A stretch of 64,000 nt of DNA, taken from contig JABVCE010000021.1 in assembly GCA_014905635.1 (NCBI GenBank), positions 186,001 to 250,000 on the forward strand, read 5' to 3'. Origin of the DNA: Scenedesmus sp. PABB004. Lineage: Eukaryota. A model generated the notes under the pieces. The model was not told the DNA's origin. It did not search any database and saw only the letters and a program-made list of their open reading frames with translations. Both the position numbers and the translations under genes were made by a program. Shown piece after piece: positions 1 to 10,062 of the stretch (position 1 is its first letter; each line of letters begins with the position of its first letter).

Positions 1-2973
1 GTGCCTCCGACCCGGGACGCCCCCTTTCCCCGGCCGCGCCGCGCCTGCTCCTGCAGCGTGTCGTGCCGCGCCTGGAACGTGGCGGCGAGGCCGTGCAGCT
101 CCCCGTGCAGCGCGTCGCGCTCCTTGACCGCAGCGACGCGCGCGGCGCGCGCCTTGGCCACCAGCTGCGCCTTGTCCGCCGCGCTCGCGCCCAGCACGCC
201 CTGCTCCGCCGCGAGCAGGCGCAGCCGGTCGCCCATCTCGCGCGCCGCCTGCCCCGCCGTGGCAATTAGCGACACAAACTTGTTGCGCTGGTTGCGCACC
301 TGCGCCGCGCCGCGCGGCGGCGCACGCGCGCGGCGCCGCGTCGGCGGCAGCCCCCGCGCGCGTGGGAGGGGCGGCCTCGCCGCCGCGCGGCCGCGCCGCC
401 CGGGCGAGCGCGGGGGCGGGGCAGACGCTGGCCGGGCCGGGCCGGGCCTGCCGCTGCCCCGCGGCCGCACCAGGTCATACAGGTCGCCAAAGTCCCTCGC
501 CCGCCGCGCGCCCGCCGCCAGCGCGAGCCCCAGGTCCGCCTCCTGCCGCACGCGCAGCTTGGCCGCCGACGCGGCGTGCGCGACGCGGCCGCGCGCCGCC
601 GCCGCCTGGCGCGCGGCGCGGTCGCGCTGCGCCGCCATGTCGGCCACGAACCGGCTGCGCTGCCGGCCTCGTCCTTGGCGCACGCGAGCTCGCCCTCCAG
701 CAGCGCAACCTGGTGGTGGGCGCGTCGACGCGGGGCGCGGGCACGCGAGGCGCCGGCGGCCTCTGCGCGGCGGCTCCCAGCCGCCGCCGCTCCCTCAGCC
801 CCGCGCGGAGGGGCCGCCGCCGCACCTCCTGGCGCATGACGCTGAACAGCTCCGCCTTGTCCTTCCCCAGGCCCTGCTCCCGCACCACCGCCGCGAGCGC
901 CGCGGCGACGTCGCGGCGCAGGCCCTCGACCTCGCCCGCGAAGCCCGCGCGCGCCGCCTCGGCCACCGCCATGTCCTTGGCGCTCAGCTCCCTGCGCAGA
1001 GGGAGGGCAGAGGGAGGGCAGGGAGGCACGCGCGGGCGCGGCGCGTGAGAGCGGCGGCGGCGGCAGGTCGAGCCGGGGCGCACGTCGGCCCGCGCCCGCC
1101 CGCGCCGCCCGAGCCGCGGCGCGGCGGCGCACCTCGCAATGCGCAGCGGCGGCAGCTCCTCCCGCGCCGCGGCCAGCGCGTCCTCGGCCGCCTTGAGGCC
1201 CCGCAGCGCAACGAGCTTCTCCTGCCGCGCGCGCGCCAGCGCCTCGCGCAAACCGCGCAGCTCCGAGGCCAGCGCCTGCGGCGGCGGCGGCGGCGGCGGC
1301 GCGGGCCTCGGTGCGCGGGCGCCGGTGGCCGCGCGTCGCTGCGGCTGCAGCTGCGCAACCAGCCGCCCCCCCCCCCCGCCCACGCCCGTCCCGTCCCGCG
1401 CGCACGCGCCTGGGCCCGCATGTCCAGGTCGACATGGTCGGCCAAAATCTTCTCCCGCTCCACGCCCGCCAGCTCGATGTCGCGCGCCACGTCGCCCGCG
1501 TGGCGGTCCTTGGTCTCGGCCATGATGCGGCAGCGCTCCAGCGCCGTGCGCGCCGCGGCGTACTCCATCTAGCGACGGCGCGGCGGTGCGGCGGCGGCGG
1601 CGGCGGCGGTCAGCGAGGAGCGCTGCGCGCGGCCGCGCCGGGCGCCATGCAGCGCCGCCGGGCACCTGGCGCTGCTGCTCGCTGTCGCGCGCGGCGCGCA
1701 GCCCCGCCTCCGCCTCCAGCAGCTTTGCGTCCGCTGCGGCCAGCAGCTGCTGCGCGCCCGCCACCTCCGCGACCGCCAGGTCGGCCTGCCGCCGCGCCCT
1801 GTCCGGCGCCGCCGCGACCGCGGTGAGCCGCCCCGCCTCGGCCTTGCGCTCCGCCTGCAGCGCCGCCAGCGCGGCCTCCGACTGCGGCGCGGCGCGGGCG
1901 CGGCGCGGGCCGGTCGGCGGCGCGCCCGGGGCCGCGCCGCCGCGGGGCGGGCGCGCCGCGCACCTCGGCGAGCCGCGCCGCGGCGCCGCCGAGCTCCTGC
2001 TGCGCGACCGCCGCCGCGGCGCGCTGCTGCTCCAGGTCGCCGCGCAGGTCCGCCACGTCGCCCGTCAGGCCGGCAATGACCGGCGCCAGCGCGGCGGCGT
2101 GCTGCTCCGCGACGCCGTCGAGGTGCTCTGCGCGGGGCGGGTACAACGAGCGCGTCTTGGGTCGCGGCGCCGCGCCGCCGTGCCGCAGTGCCGCGGCGCG
2201 GCGCGCCGCACCCGCGAGCTGGTCGCGCTGGCGCTGCAGCTCCTCCTGCTGGGCCGCCAGCATCGCGCCGCGCTCCTGCGCGAGGCCGGCCTCCGCGAGC
2301 GCCGCCTCCACGTCGCCCCGCAGCACCTCAATGCTGACGCCCTCAAACGCCGCCGCCTTGCGCTGCGCCTCGTGCACCGCAGCCTCGCTCGCCTGCGCGG
2401 CGGGCGCGGCGGTGGCAGCGGTGGGCGCGCGGTGGGCGCGCGCGGCGCGGCACGCTGCGCGCCGGCAGCACCGGCGGCGCGCACCGCCGCGTCCGCCGCC
2501 AGCGCCTGGGCCTGCTCCAGCAGCGCGCGCTCGTGGGCCATCGCCGCGACGAGCGCGGCGTGCAGGCGCTCGTGCATCTCCCGGGCCTGCCCGCCCCGCT
2601 CGGCGGTGATGTGCCCAATCTCGACCAGCGTGTCCACCACCTGCGCCGGGCAGGGAGGCTCGGCCCGGCGCGCCGCCCCCGACGGCGCGCGGGTCGCGCG
2701 GCGCGACAGCAGCGCCGGTCGGACGCGCGGCGGCCCGCGCGCGGCGGCGCCGCTCGCCGGCGAGCGCTGCCGTGCGCGCGCTTTCCTCAAAACTCCCTGG
2801 CGCCCCGGCCGGGCCTCCCCAGCCGCGCCGCGCAGCACGGCGGCGCGGTCTCGCGCTCGCCGCTGCTCGCTCCGCACCTTGATGGCCTCGCAGCTCGAGA
2901 CATCCTGCAGGCTGCTAGGACGGAGCTCGCCGTCGTTCAGGTCGTCCAGGTCGTCCAGGTCGTGCGGAATCAT
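1..2973 (-). CDS. MBO2: Flagellar coiled-coil protein of the CCDC146/MBO2 family (multi-exon, 3' end runs off window)
   Basis: ATG 2973 (MIPHDLDDLDDLNDGELRP); about 10 introns separate heptad-rich exons. The spliced segment FGDLYDL|VRNQRNKFVSLI (about 492-471 joined to 298-263) matches the recalled CCDC146/MBO2 motif LYDxxRNxRNKFVxL. Needs a 1-nt frame correction near 665. Confidence 0.7.
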
Positions 2974-3169
2974 GGCCCGGCGCCGCGCGGTGCGGTCGCA
3001 AGCCGGCGGCGCCGCGTGCAGTCGGGGCGGCAGCGCGCGGGCTGGCTCCCTGGGACGCGCCTGGGTTGCTGGCAGCGCTGGGCGTCACGCGCAGGGCAGG
3101 CGGCGGGGCAAACCGTGCGTCGTTTACAGCGCGGGCCGCCCGCTCTCCGCCCGCACCCTCTCACGCGCG

Positions 3170-3279
3170 CTACCCCGGCGGCGGCCGCCGCGACACCGCC
3201 ACGCCCGGCTGCTGCTGCAGGATTGCGAGCAGCCAGTCGTCCAGCGCGGCGGGCTCGGCCAGCACGCGCGCCAGCTGCG

Positions 3280-3327
<48 letters not shown>

Positions 3328-5256
3328 ACGCGCCCGCGCCGGAGGCCGCCGGCGCCGCCGTCCGGCCGCCCGGTGCCGCGGCGCGGCAGCCCACCTTGGC
3401 GCGCAGCGCCGCCAGCAGCTGCCGCAGCCACGCGGCCCGCACGACGCGGCCGTCCGGCAGCTCCACCTCCGCGCCCCCCAGGCGCACGCTCAGCGGCTGC
3501 GCGGGCGGCACGGGCGCGCCCGCGCCCGCGCCCGGCGCCTGCGCGGCGCCGCCGGCGCGCCCGCTGAACCAGCGCTCCGCGCGCAGCGCCCACAGCAGCA
3601 GCGCGGCGAGGCCCTCGGGCCGCATGCCGCCAAAGGCGCCCTGCGCGGCGGCCAGGTAGCGCGACACCCAGGGCCGCGGCGGCACGTAGCTTAGCGCGGC
3701 GAGGCAGCCGGCGACCGCCTGGTGGTCGCGCGGCGCCAGCAGGTGCAGCCGGTCGTGCAGCGCCTCCAGCGCGGCGGCCAGGAACGGCGGGCTGGGCGTC
3801 AGCCCCGCGCGCGCCAGCAGCAGCAGGCTCGCGCAGAAGCCCGCCGCCTCGGACGGCGGCAGGCCGCCGCTGCTGGCAGCGGCCCGGCAGCTGCCGCCGC
3901 TGCCGCTGCTGCTGCTGCCGTGGGCGCCCCCGTGCTGCGCGCCGTGCCCGCTGTGCGCCGCCAGCACGCCGGCCAGCTGCCGCAGCACGTGCTGTGGCAG
4001 CGGCGGCGCCGGCTGCTCGCGCTGCCGCTGCAGCTGCTGGTGCGCGCCGAGCGCCCTCGCCACGTGGCTAGGCAGCGGCCGCCCGCCGCCGGCGCGGGCC
4101 TGCAACCGGTCAGGTGGGAGGGGGTGCCCTGCCGGCGGCCCCTGTGCCGCGAGCTGCTCGTGGCCGCGGCCGCCGTTGCCCGCGTGGCGCCGCGGCGCCC
4201 GCGGGCTGCCCCCGGCCTTTGCGTGCCCCGTGCTGCCAGCTGCCGCGGCGAGCTGCCTGCAGGCGGCGTCGGAGAGCTGCAGCAGCTGCGCGCCCGCCGC
4301 CTGCCGGCCCGGCGGCGCCGCCAGCTGCAGCCGCGCCAGGCCCGCCACCAGGCACGACAGCTCCTGCGGGCTGAAGCTCGGCAGCTGCGCCGCCGCGCAC
4401 GCGCTCGTGGCCGCCAGGAACGCGGGCGGCACCGCGACGCGCCCCCGCCGCGGGCCGCCGCCGCCGCCGCTGCCGTCGGGGGCCTTGGGCCGCGGCCCGC
4501 CCATCTGCGACAGCGCCCACACGGCGTTGGAGAGCTCCTGCGGGCGCATCGCCGGCATCTGCGCCTGCAGCGCCGGCAGCAGCTGCGTCGCCAGCCAGGC
4601 GCGCGGCGGCGCCGCGTGCAGCCGCCCCAGGCCCCACGCCAGGTTGGCCAGCTCCTGGGGCTTGAATGCCTGCGCCGCCGCGCCGCCGCGGCGCGCTGGC
4701 TGCGCGCCCGGCTGCTGCTGCGCGCCCGGCTGCCGCAGGTGCGCGCCGCTCGCGGCGTAGAGGCGCGCCAGCCACGCCGGCTCGGGCCACACGCGCAGCC
4801 GGCCAAGCGCCCAGGCGGCGCTGGCGAGCTCCTGGGGCTTGAGCTGCGCCGGCGGCAGGCGCGCGAGCAGCGCGGCCACGAGCTCCGCGTCCCGGCAGCG
4901 CAGGCGCGCGAGCGCGTGCAGCGCATTGGCGGCCTGCCGCGGCCCCAAGCGCGGCAGGTGTGCGCGCAGCAGCCGCTGCAGCAGCAGCGGAAGGCGCTGG
5001 CTCGCGCCGCCGCCGCCGCCGCCGCCGCCTGCGGCGCCGCCGCGGGGCGCCGCAGCGAGGCGGGCGTAGCACACGCACGCCGCCGCGACAGCAACGGCGT
5101 CCAGCTCGCCCTGGTGTGCCGCCGCCAGCCGCAGCAGCTGCGTCGGCCGGCGGCAGCCCTGCATCATGGCCACCAGCAGCGCGCCGTCCGACCGGGCCCC
5201 GCCGCCGGGGTCGGGCGGCCGCGGCTGCCGCGCGCCGTGCGCCGGCAGCAGCGACG

Positions 5257-5308
<52 letters not shown>

Positions 5309-5882
5309 GTGGTGGTTCTGCAGCTGCTCTGACGGCGGCGCGCTCGCATGCAGCTCCTGAGCATCGGCGTGGTCGTGGCGCGCGCCGCCGCCGCCGCGCC
5401 ACGCGTGCTGCGCCGGCTGCGCCACCGCCGCCGCGCCGGCGTGCAGCAGCGCCAGGAGCTCGTCCGTCTGCGCCGCATGCAGCGAGCGGCCGGGGCGCTG
5501 CTGCTGCCCCTCACGCCGCGCCGCCGCGCCGCCGCTCGCGCAAGCCGCCCGCCGCGTGGCGCCGCCGAGCAGTGCGGCGCCGGCCTGCGCGCGGCCGAGG
5601 GGTGGCGAGCGCGGCGGGCGGCGGGAGAGGTGAGGCGGGCAGCAATGCGCGGCGCCGACGGCGCGCGGCGGCGTGCGCGCTGCCTCCGCCGCCGCTGCCC
5701 GCCCCGCCGCGCCGCGGCGCTCGCGGCGGCGCCGCCGCTGCTCGTGCGCGCTCCCCGGGACCGCCGCCCGCTCTCGGCGCCCCCGCGCCCCGCGCAGGCC
5801 CGCGTGCGCGCCGCACCCGAGTGGGCGGCGTCTGGCGTGCCGCCTGGGCGCCGCGCGGGCCCGCCGCCGGCCGCGCCAGCAT
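3170..5882 (-). CDS. Octotricopeptide-repeat (OPR) organellar RNA-binding protein
   Basis: Repeated units LGPRQAANALHALARL, LKPQELASAAWALGRL, FKPQELANLAWGLGRL, MRPQELSNAVWALSQM and FSPQELSCLVAGLARL, with WL motifs (PEPAWL, PPRAWL, PPRPWV). Proposed exons 5882-5817 and 5584-3170 (in-frame GT-AG intron); Ala/Arg-rich transit-like N-terminus. Start uncertain. Confidence 0.8.
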
Positions 5883-6243
5883 GGTGGGCGCCCGCCGCTG
5901 CGCCGCGCCTCAGCATTGTGGGCTGCCCGGCCGGCGCGCCATCGTGGCTGGCGCTGCTGCCGTCGCCAATGGGCGCAACGAGCGGGCCCTCCCGCCGCAC
6001 CGCCAAAGCGACAGTGCGCGATTGGACGCGCTGGCAACGCGAGGAGGCCCTGTCCACCGGGCGCAGGCAGTTGTCATTTTTCGTCCAGCGAATGCGCGCT
6101 CTCCGGTCACTGCCGTCGCGCGCCCGAGCTCTCCTGCACAGCCTCCACACCTCCACACCGCCGGCCCGCTTGAGGTCGCTCGGCTCTGAGCAGCAGCAGC
6201 AGCAGCCGGCCCCGCAGCAGGAGCAGCAGGAGCAGCAGGCGGC

Positions 6244-7709
6244 ATGGCGATCAAGGTGGGCGGCACCAGCAGCTCGCCGATCACCTCGCCCGGCCGGCGC
6301 ACCGCGCCAGCGCCCGCACGCGCCGCCCGGAGGCGCGGTCCCGCGGCAACGGCCCCACCCGCCCCGCGCGCCGCGCGCCGCGCGCTGCGCGCCCGTCTGG
6401 CGCGCCCACTCACGCCGCTGGCCACGCCGCAGGCCGCGCTGCTGAGCGTGGTGGCGCTGGCGCTCGTGGCAGCAGGTGCGCGCACGGCACACCCGCGCCC
6501 GCCAGCGCGGCTGACGGGCCGGAGGAGTGCGAGGCGGCTGCAATGAGCTGACGGCCGGCCCTTGACCGCCGCGCGCGGCCAGCAGCGCCCGCGGGCGGCC
6601 GCGGCGCGGCGCGGCGCCAGCGCCCCCGGCGGTGACGCTGCCGCGGCTGCGCGGCGCGGGGCCAGCAGCCGGCGGCGCCCGGCCGGGCGCGCTGCCGGCC
6701 CCCGGGCCAGCCGGGGCGGGCGTGCGGCGCGCGCGGGGCGCCCGGCCGGGCCGCGCGCCCGGCAACCGACGGCGCCGCCGCCGTAAATGTGCGCCCGCCG
6801 CCCCGCGCGCGCCGCCGCCGTGCGCGCGCAGCCGCGGGCCAGGCGTACAACCCCAAGAAGGGCGCGCCGGTGCTGATCAAGCCCGGCCAGCTCGCCAAGC
6901 TGACCTGGAAGCCGTCGCCGCCGCACCCCGACGTCGTGATGTGCTGCGGCGGCGCGCTGCAGCTGTCCTGGTCGCCCATGGACGGCGGCGTCGTCGCGTC
7001 GGGTGCGGCGCCCGCCGCCGCCGCCGCCGCCCGCCGGGCGCGCTGCGGCCGCAGCGCCGCGGCCGCGCGAGCGCGGCGCACGCGTCGACCCCGCCCCACG
7101 CCGCGCCGCGCCGCGCCCGGGCGGCCACGCAGTCGTGCTCAACGTCGACGACAGCTGCCCCAACGAGCTGCAGAACCAGCAGTACGTGGAGTACATCTTC
7201 CAGGCCGCGCCCAAGGGCATCGTCACGCTCGACTTCAAGCAAAACGGCGACTACTACATCTCCTGCGCGGTGAGCGCCCGCCCGCGCGGTGGCCACCCCG
7301 CGGCCACGCCCCGCTCGCGCCCGTGCGGCGCCGCCCACGCCCGCGTCGCGGCGCCGCCCGCGCGCAGGTCGGGGAGCACTGCAACGCGCAGGGCATGCAG
7401 TTCCTGCTCGCGGTGCGCGGCTGCCCGCAGGACAACCCCACCTACACGCCAGTCATCCCGCTCAACGTCCAGTGCGCCGCGCCCGCGGCGGCGGGGCTCA
7501 ACGCGACGGCGGGCGGCCTCGGCGGCGGCGGCCTGCTCGGCGGCCTGCCCGGCACCGTCGCGCCGGGCGGCGCCGGCGGCGCGGGCGCCGCGCTGCCCGG
7601 CGCCGCGGCGCCGCGGGCGCGCAGCGCGGCGGGCGTGGCGCGCCGGGCGGGCGGGCTGCTCGCGGCCGCGCTGGGCGGCGGCGCTGCGGCGGCGGCGGTG
7701 CTGCTGTGA
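6244..7709 (+). CDS. Secreted, probably GPI-anchored phytocyanin/cupredoxin-like protein
   Basis: Exons 6244-6255, 6433-6475, 6832-7002, 7133-7269, 7368-7709. Signal peptide MAIK|AALLSVVALALVAA; GDYYISCA|VGEHCNAQGMQFLLAV resembles the phytocyanin C-terminal Cu loop (GxYYFxC...GHC..GM); Gly/Ala linker and hydrophobic C-terminal tail. Confidence 0.7.
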
Positions 7710-9680
7710 GCGGGCGGCGCACGGGGCGCGGGGGCGAGCCGCGAGGCCGCGCGCTGTGCAGCGCTCGCGCGGCCGCCGGGCGCGACGGAAACTGTGTGAG
7801 CCGCAGCGACGGTGGTGTGGGGGGCTTGCGCGCCCCGCCCGGCACGCGGCCGCCGATCGCTCGCTGCGCGGCGGCGCGCGCGCTGATAGGAGTACCTCCG
7901 CCGGCCCTCAGCAGGGCGCGCCAGCGCCAGCGGGCGTCGATCGCGCCGCGGGGAGGCCGAGGCCGGCGCGGCGCGCGCCGCAGGGCCTCGGTCCCGGGTT
8001 TGACAGCCTGCGACGCACGCTCGCTGCCGGCGCGGCGCCACGGCGCGGCCCCGCGCTGCGACGACAAACACGCCTAGGGCGCGGCCATGACCACAGTCCT
8101 AGACACGCGTGCGCCACCCCTGCGTCGAGAGGCACCGTGCGGGAAGGCCAGCGCGGAGTGAGGCCCAGCGCGGCCGTGCCGGCGCGGAGGCGTCCGGACG
8201 GTCAGTACACGACTGCGGGTGCGCCGCGGCGGCGCGCGGCGCGGCGGGGCGCGCGCACGCGGCGTCGGGGCGCTCGCGATGCGCCGCGCCCGGGCGCTGG
8301 CGACGCAGCGCGGCAATCGCGCGCCGCAGCGTCGCGGCGCGCGCCCAGCCGCGTCCGACGCCGGCGGCGGGGGCGCGTCGGGCGCCGGTGGGTGGCGATT
8401 GGGGGCTTGCCCCACGCCCGCGCTCACCGCGGCTTGATCGCCCGCCGCAGAGCGGCGGGAGCGCCGGCGGTGGCGGCCGGAGCGGGCTGATGGCGCCCGG
8501 GCGGGCCTGAGCGCGGCGCGCGTGAGGTGGGCTGCAGGGTGTGCTGCTCGCGCCCGGGGCCGCCCGGGGCCGCGGGCGCGCTCGCACGGCACGCGGCGGG
8601 CTGTCGGCGACGCCCGGGCGCCGCGGCGCGGCGCGGCGGGCGCGCAGCGCGGCGGGCGCGACGCACCGGGCGGGCGGGCTGCTCGCGGCCGCGCTGGGAG
8701 GCGGCGCTGCGGCGGCGGTGCTGCTGTGAGCGGGCGGCGCGCGCCCGTGGGCAGCGCGTGCGCCGGGCGCGGGGGCGAGCCGCGAGGCCGCGCGCTGTGC
8801 AGCGCTCGCGCGGCCGCCGGGCGCGACGGAAACTGTGTGAGCCGCAGCGACGGTGGTGTGGGGGGCTTGCGCGCCCCGCCCGGCACGCGGCCGCCGATCG
8901 CTCGCTGCGCGGCGGCGCGCGCGCTGATAGGAGTACCTCCGCCGGCCCTCAGCAGGGCGCGCCAGCGCCAGCGGGCGTCGATCGCGCCGCGGGGAGGCCG
9001 AGGCCGGCGCGGCGCGCGCCGCAGGGCCTCGGTCCCGGGTTTGACAGCCTGCGACGCACGCTCGCTGCCGGCGCGGCGCCACGGCGCGCCCCGCGCTGCG
9101 ACGACAAACACGCCTAGGGCGTGGCCGTGACCACAGTCCTAGACACGCGTGCGCCACCCCTGCGTCGAGAGGCACCGTGCGGGAAGGCCAGCGCGGAGTG
9201 AGGCCCAGCGCGGCCGTGCCGGCGCGGAGGCGTCCGGACGGTCAGTACACGACTGCGGGTGCGCCGCGGCGGCGCGCGGCGCGGCGGGGCGCGCGCACGC
9301 GGCGTCGGGGCGCTCGCGATGCGCCGCGCCCGGGCGCTGGCGACGCAGCGCGGCAATCGCGCGCCGCAGCGTCGCGGCGCGCGCCCAGCCGCGTCCGACG
9401 CCGGCGGCGGGGGCGCGTCGGGCGCCGGTGGGTGGCGATTGGGGGCTTGCCCCACGCCCGCGCTCACCGCGGCTTGATCGCCCGCCGCAGAGCGGCGGGA
9501 GCGCCGGCGGTGGCGGCCGGAGCGGGCTGATGGCGCCCGGGCGGGCCTGAGCGCGGCGCGCGTGAGGTGGGCTGCAGGGTGTGCTGCTCGCGCCCGGGGC
9601 CGCCCGGGGCCGCGGGCGCGCTCGCACGGCACGCGGCGGGCTGTCGGAGACGCCCGGGCGCCGCGGCGCGGCGCGGCGGG
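7615..9680. repeat. Head-to-tail tandem duplication, unit about 1.04 kb, two copies
   Basis: Sequence at 8071 recurs at 9111 and 8101-8640 recurs at 9141-9680 (offset 1040); 7701 recurs at 8721 (offset 1020, before a ~21-bp indel). A few substitutions separate the copies. Confidence 0.95.
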
Positions 9681-10062
9681 GCGGGAGCGGGCCGCGGCGG
9701 CGTGTCGACATCGGCCTTGCCCTGCCCCGGGGCGCCCGGGCGCGCGCTGCGGGCCCGCCCGGGCCGGCGGCGGGCACCGGGGGCCCTCTGGCCGTGCTCT
9801 GCGGCCCTGGGGCCCGCCAGGCGTGGTCCCGCGGCGCTCAGGGCGCGGGGGCAGCCAGGCCAGCCGCGCCCGACGCGGCGGCCGCGCGGGCGTGCGCGGC
9901 GGCCGCCCGCCGGCCGCTGGCCGGCCGGCCGCCCCTCTCCCCGGCGCCGCCCGCCGCCACTCCCCGCGCCGCCTCACCCCGTGCGCCGCGCGCCCGCACC
10001 GCCGCCGCCGCCCGCAGAGCGCGCGCGCACGCACGCGCGGCGCGCGCGCGCGCGCAGGCGCG

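Noticed and set aside
5166..5360. Poly-Cys metallothionein-like ORFs (also 16239-17354 and 61603-61893)
   Set aside because: Alternative-frame or antisense readings of CAG/CTG repeats.
7890..9250. GTAC copper-response cores near the cupredoxin gene (also GTACGTAC at ~37137)
   Set aside because: About two per kb is close to chance for a 4-mer at this composition.
7615..9680. Direct repeats as LTRs of a retroelement
   Set aside because: Copies abut, lack TG...CA ends and internal coding sequence, and contain host gene tail.
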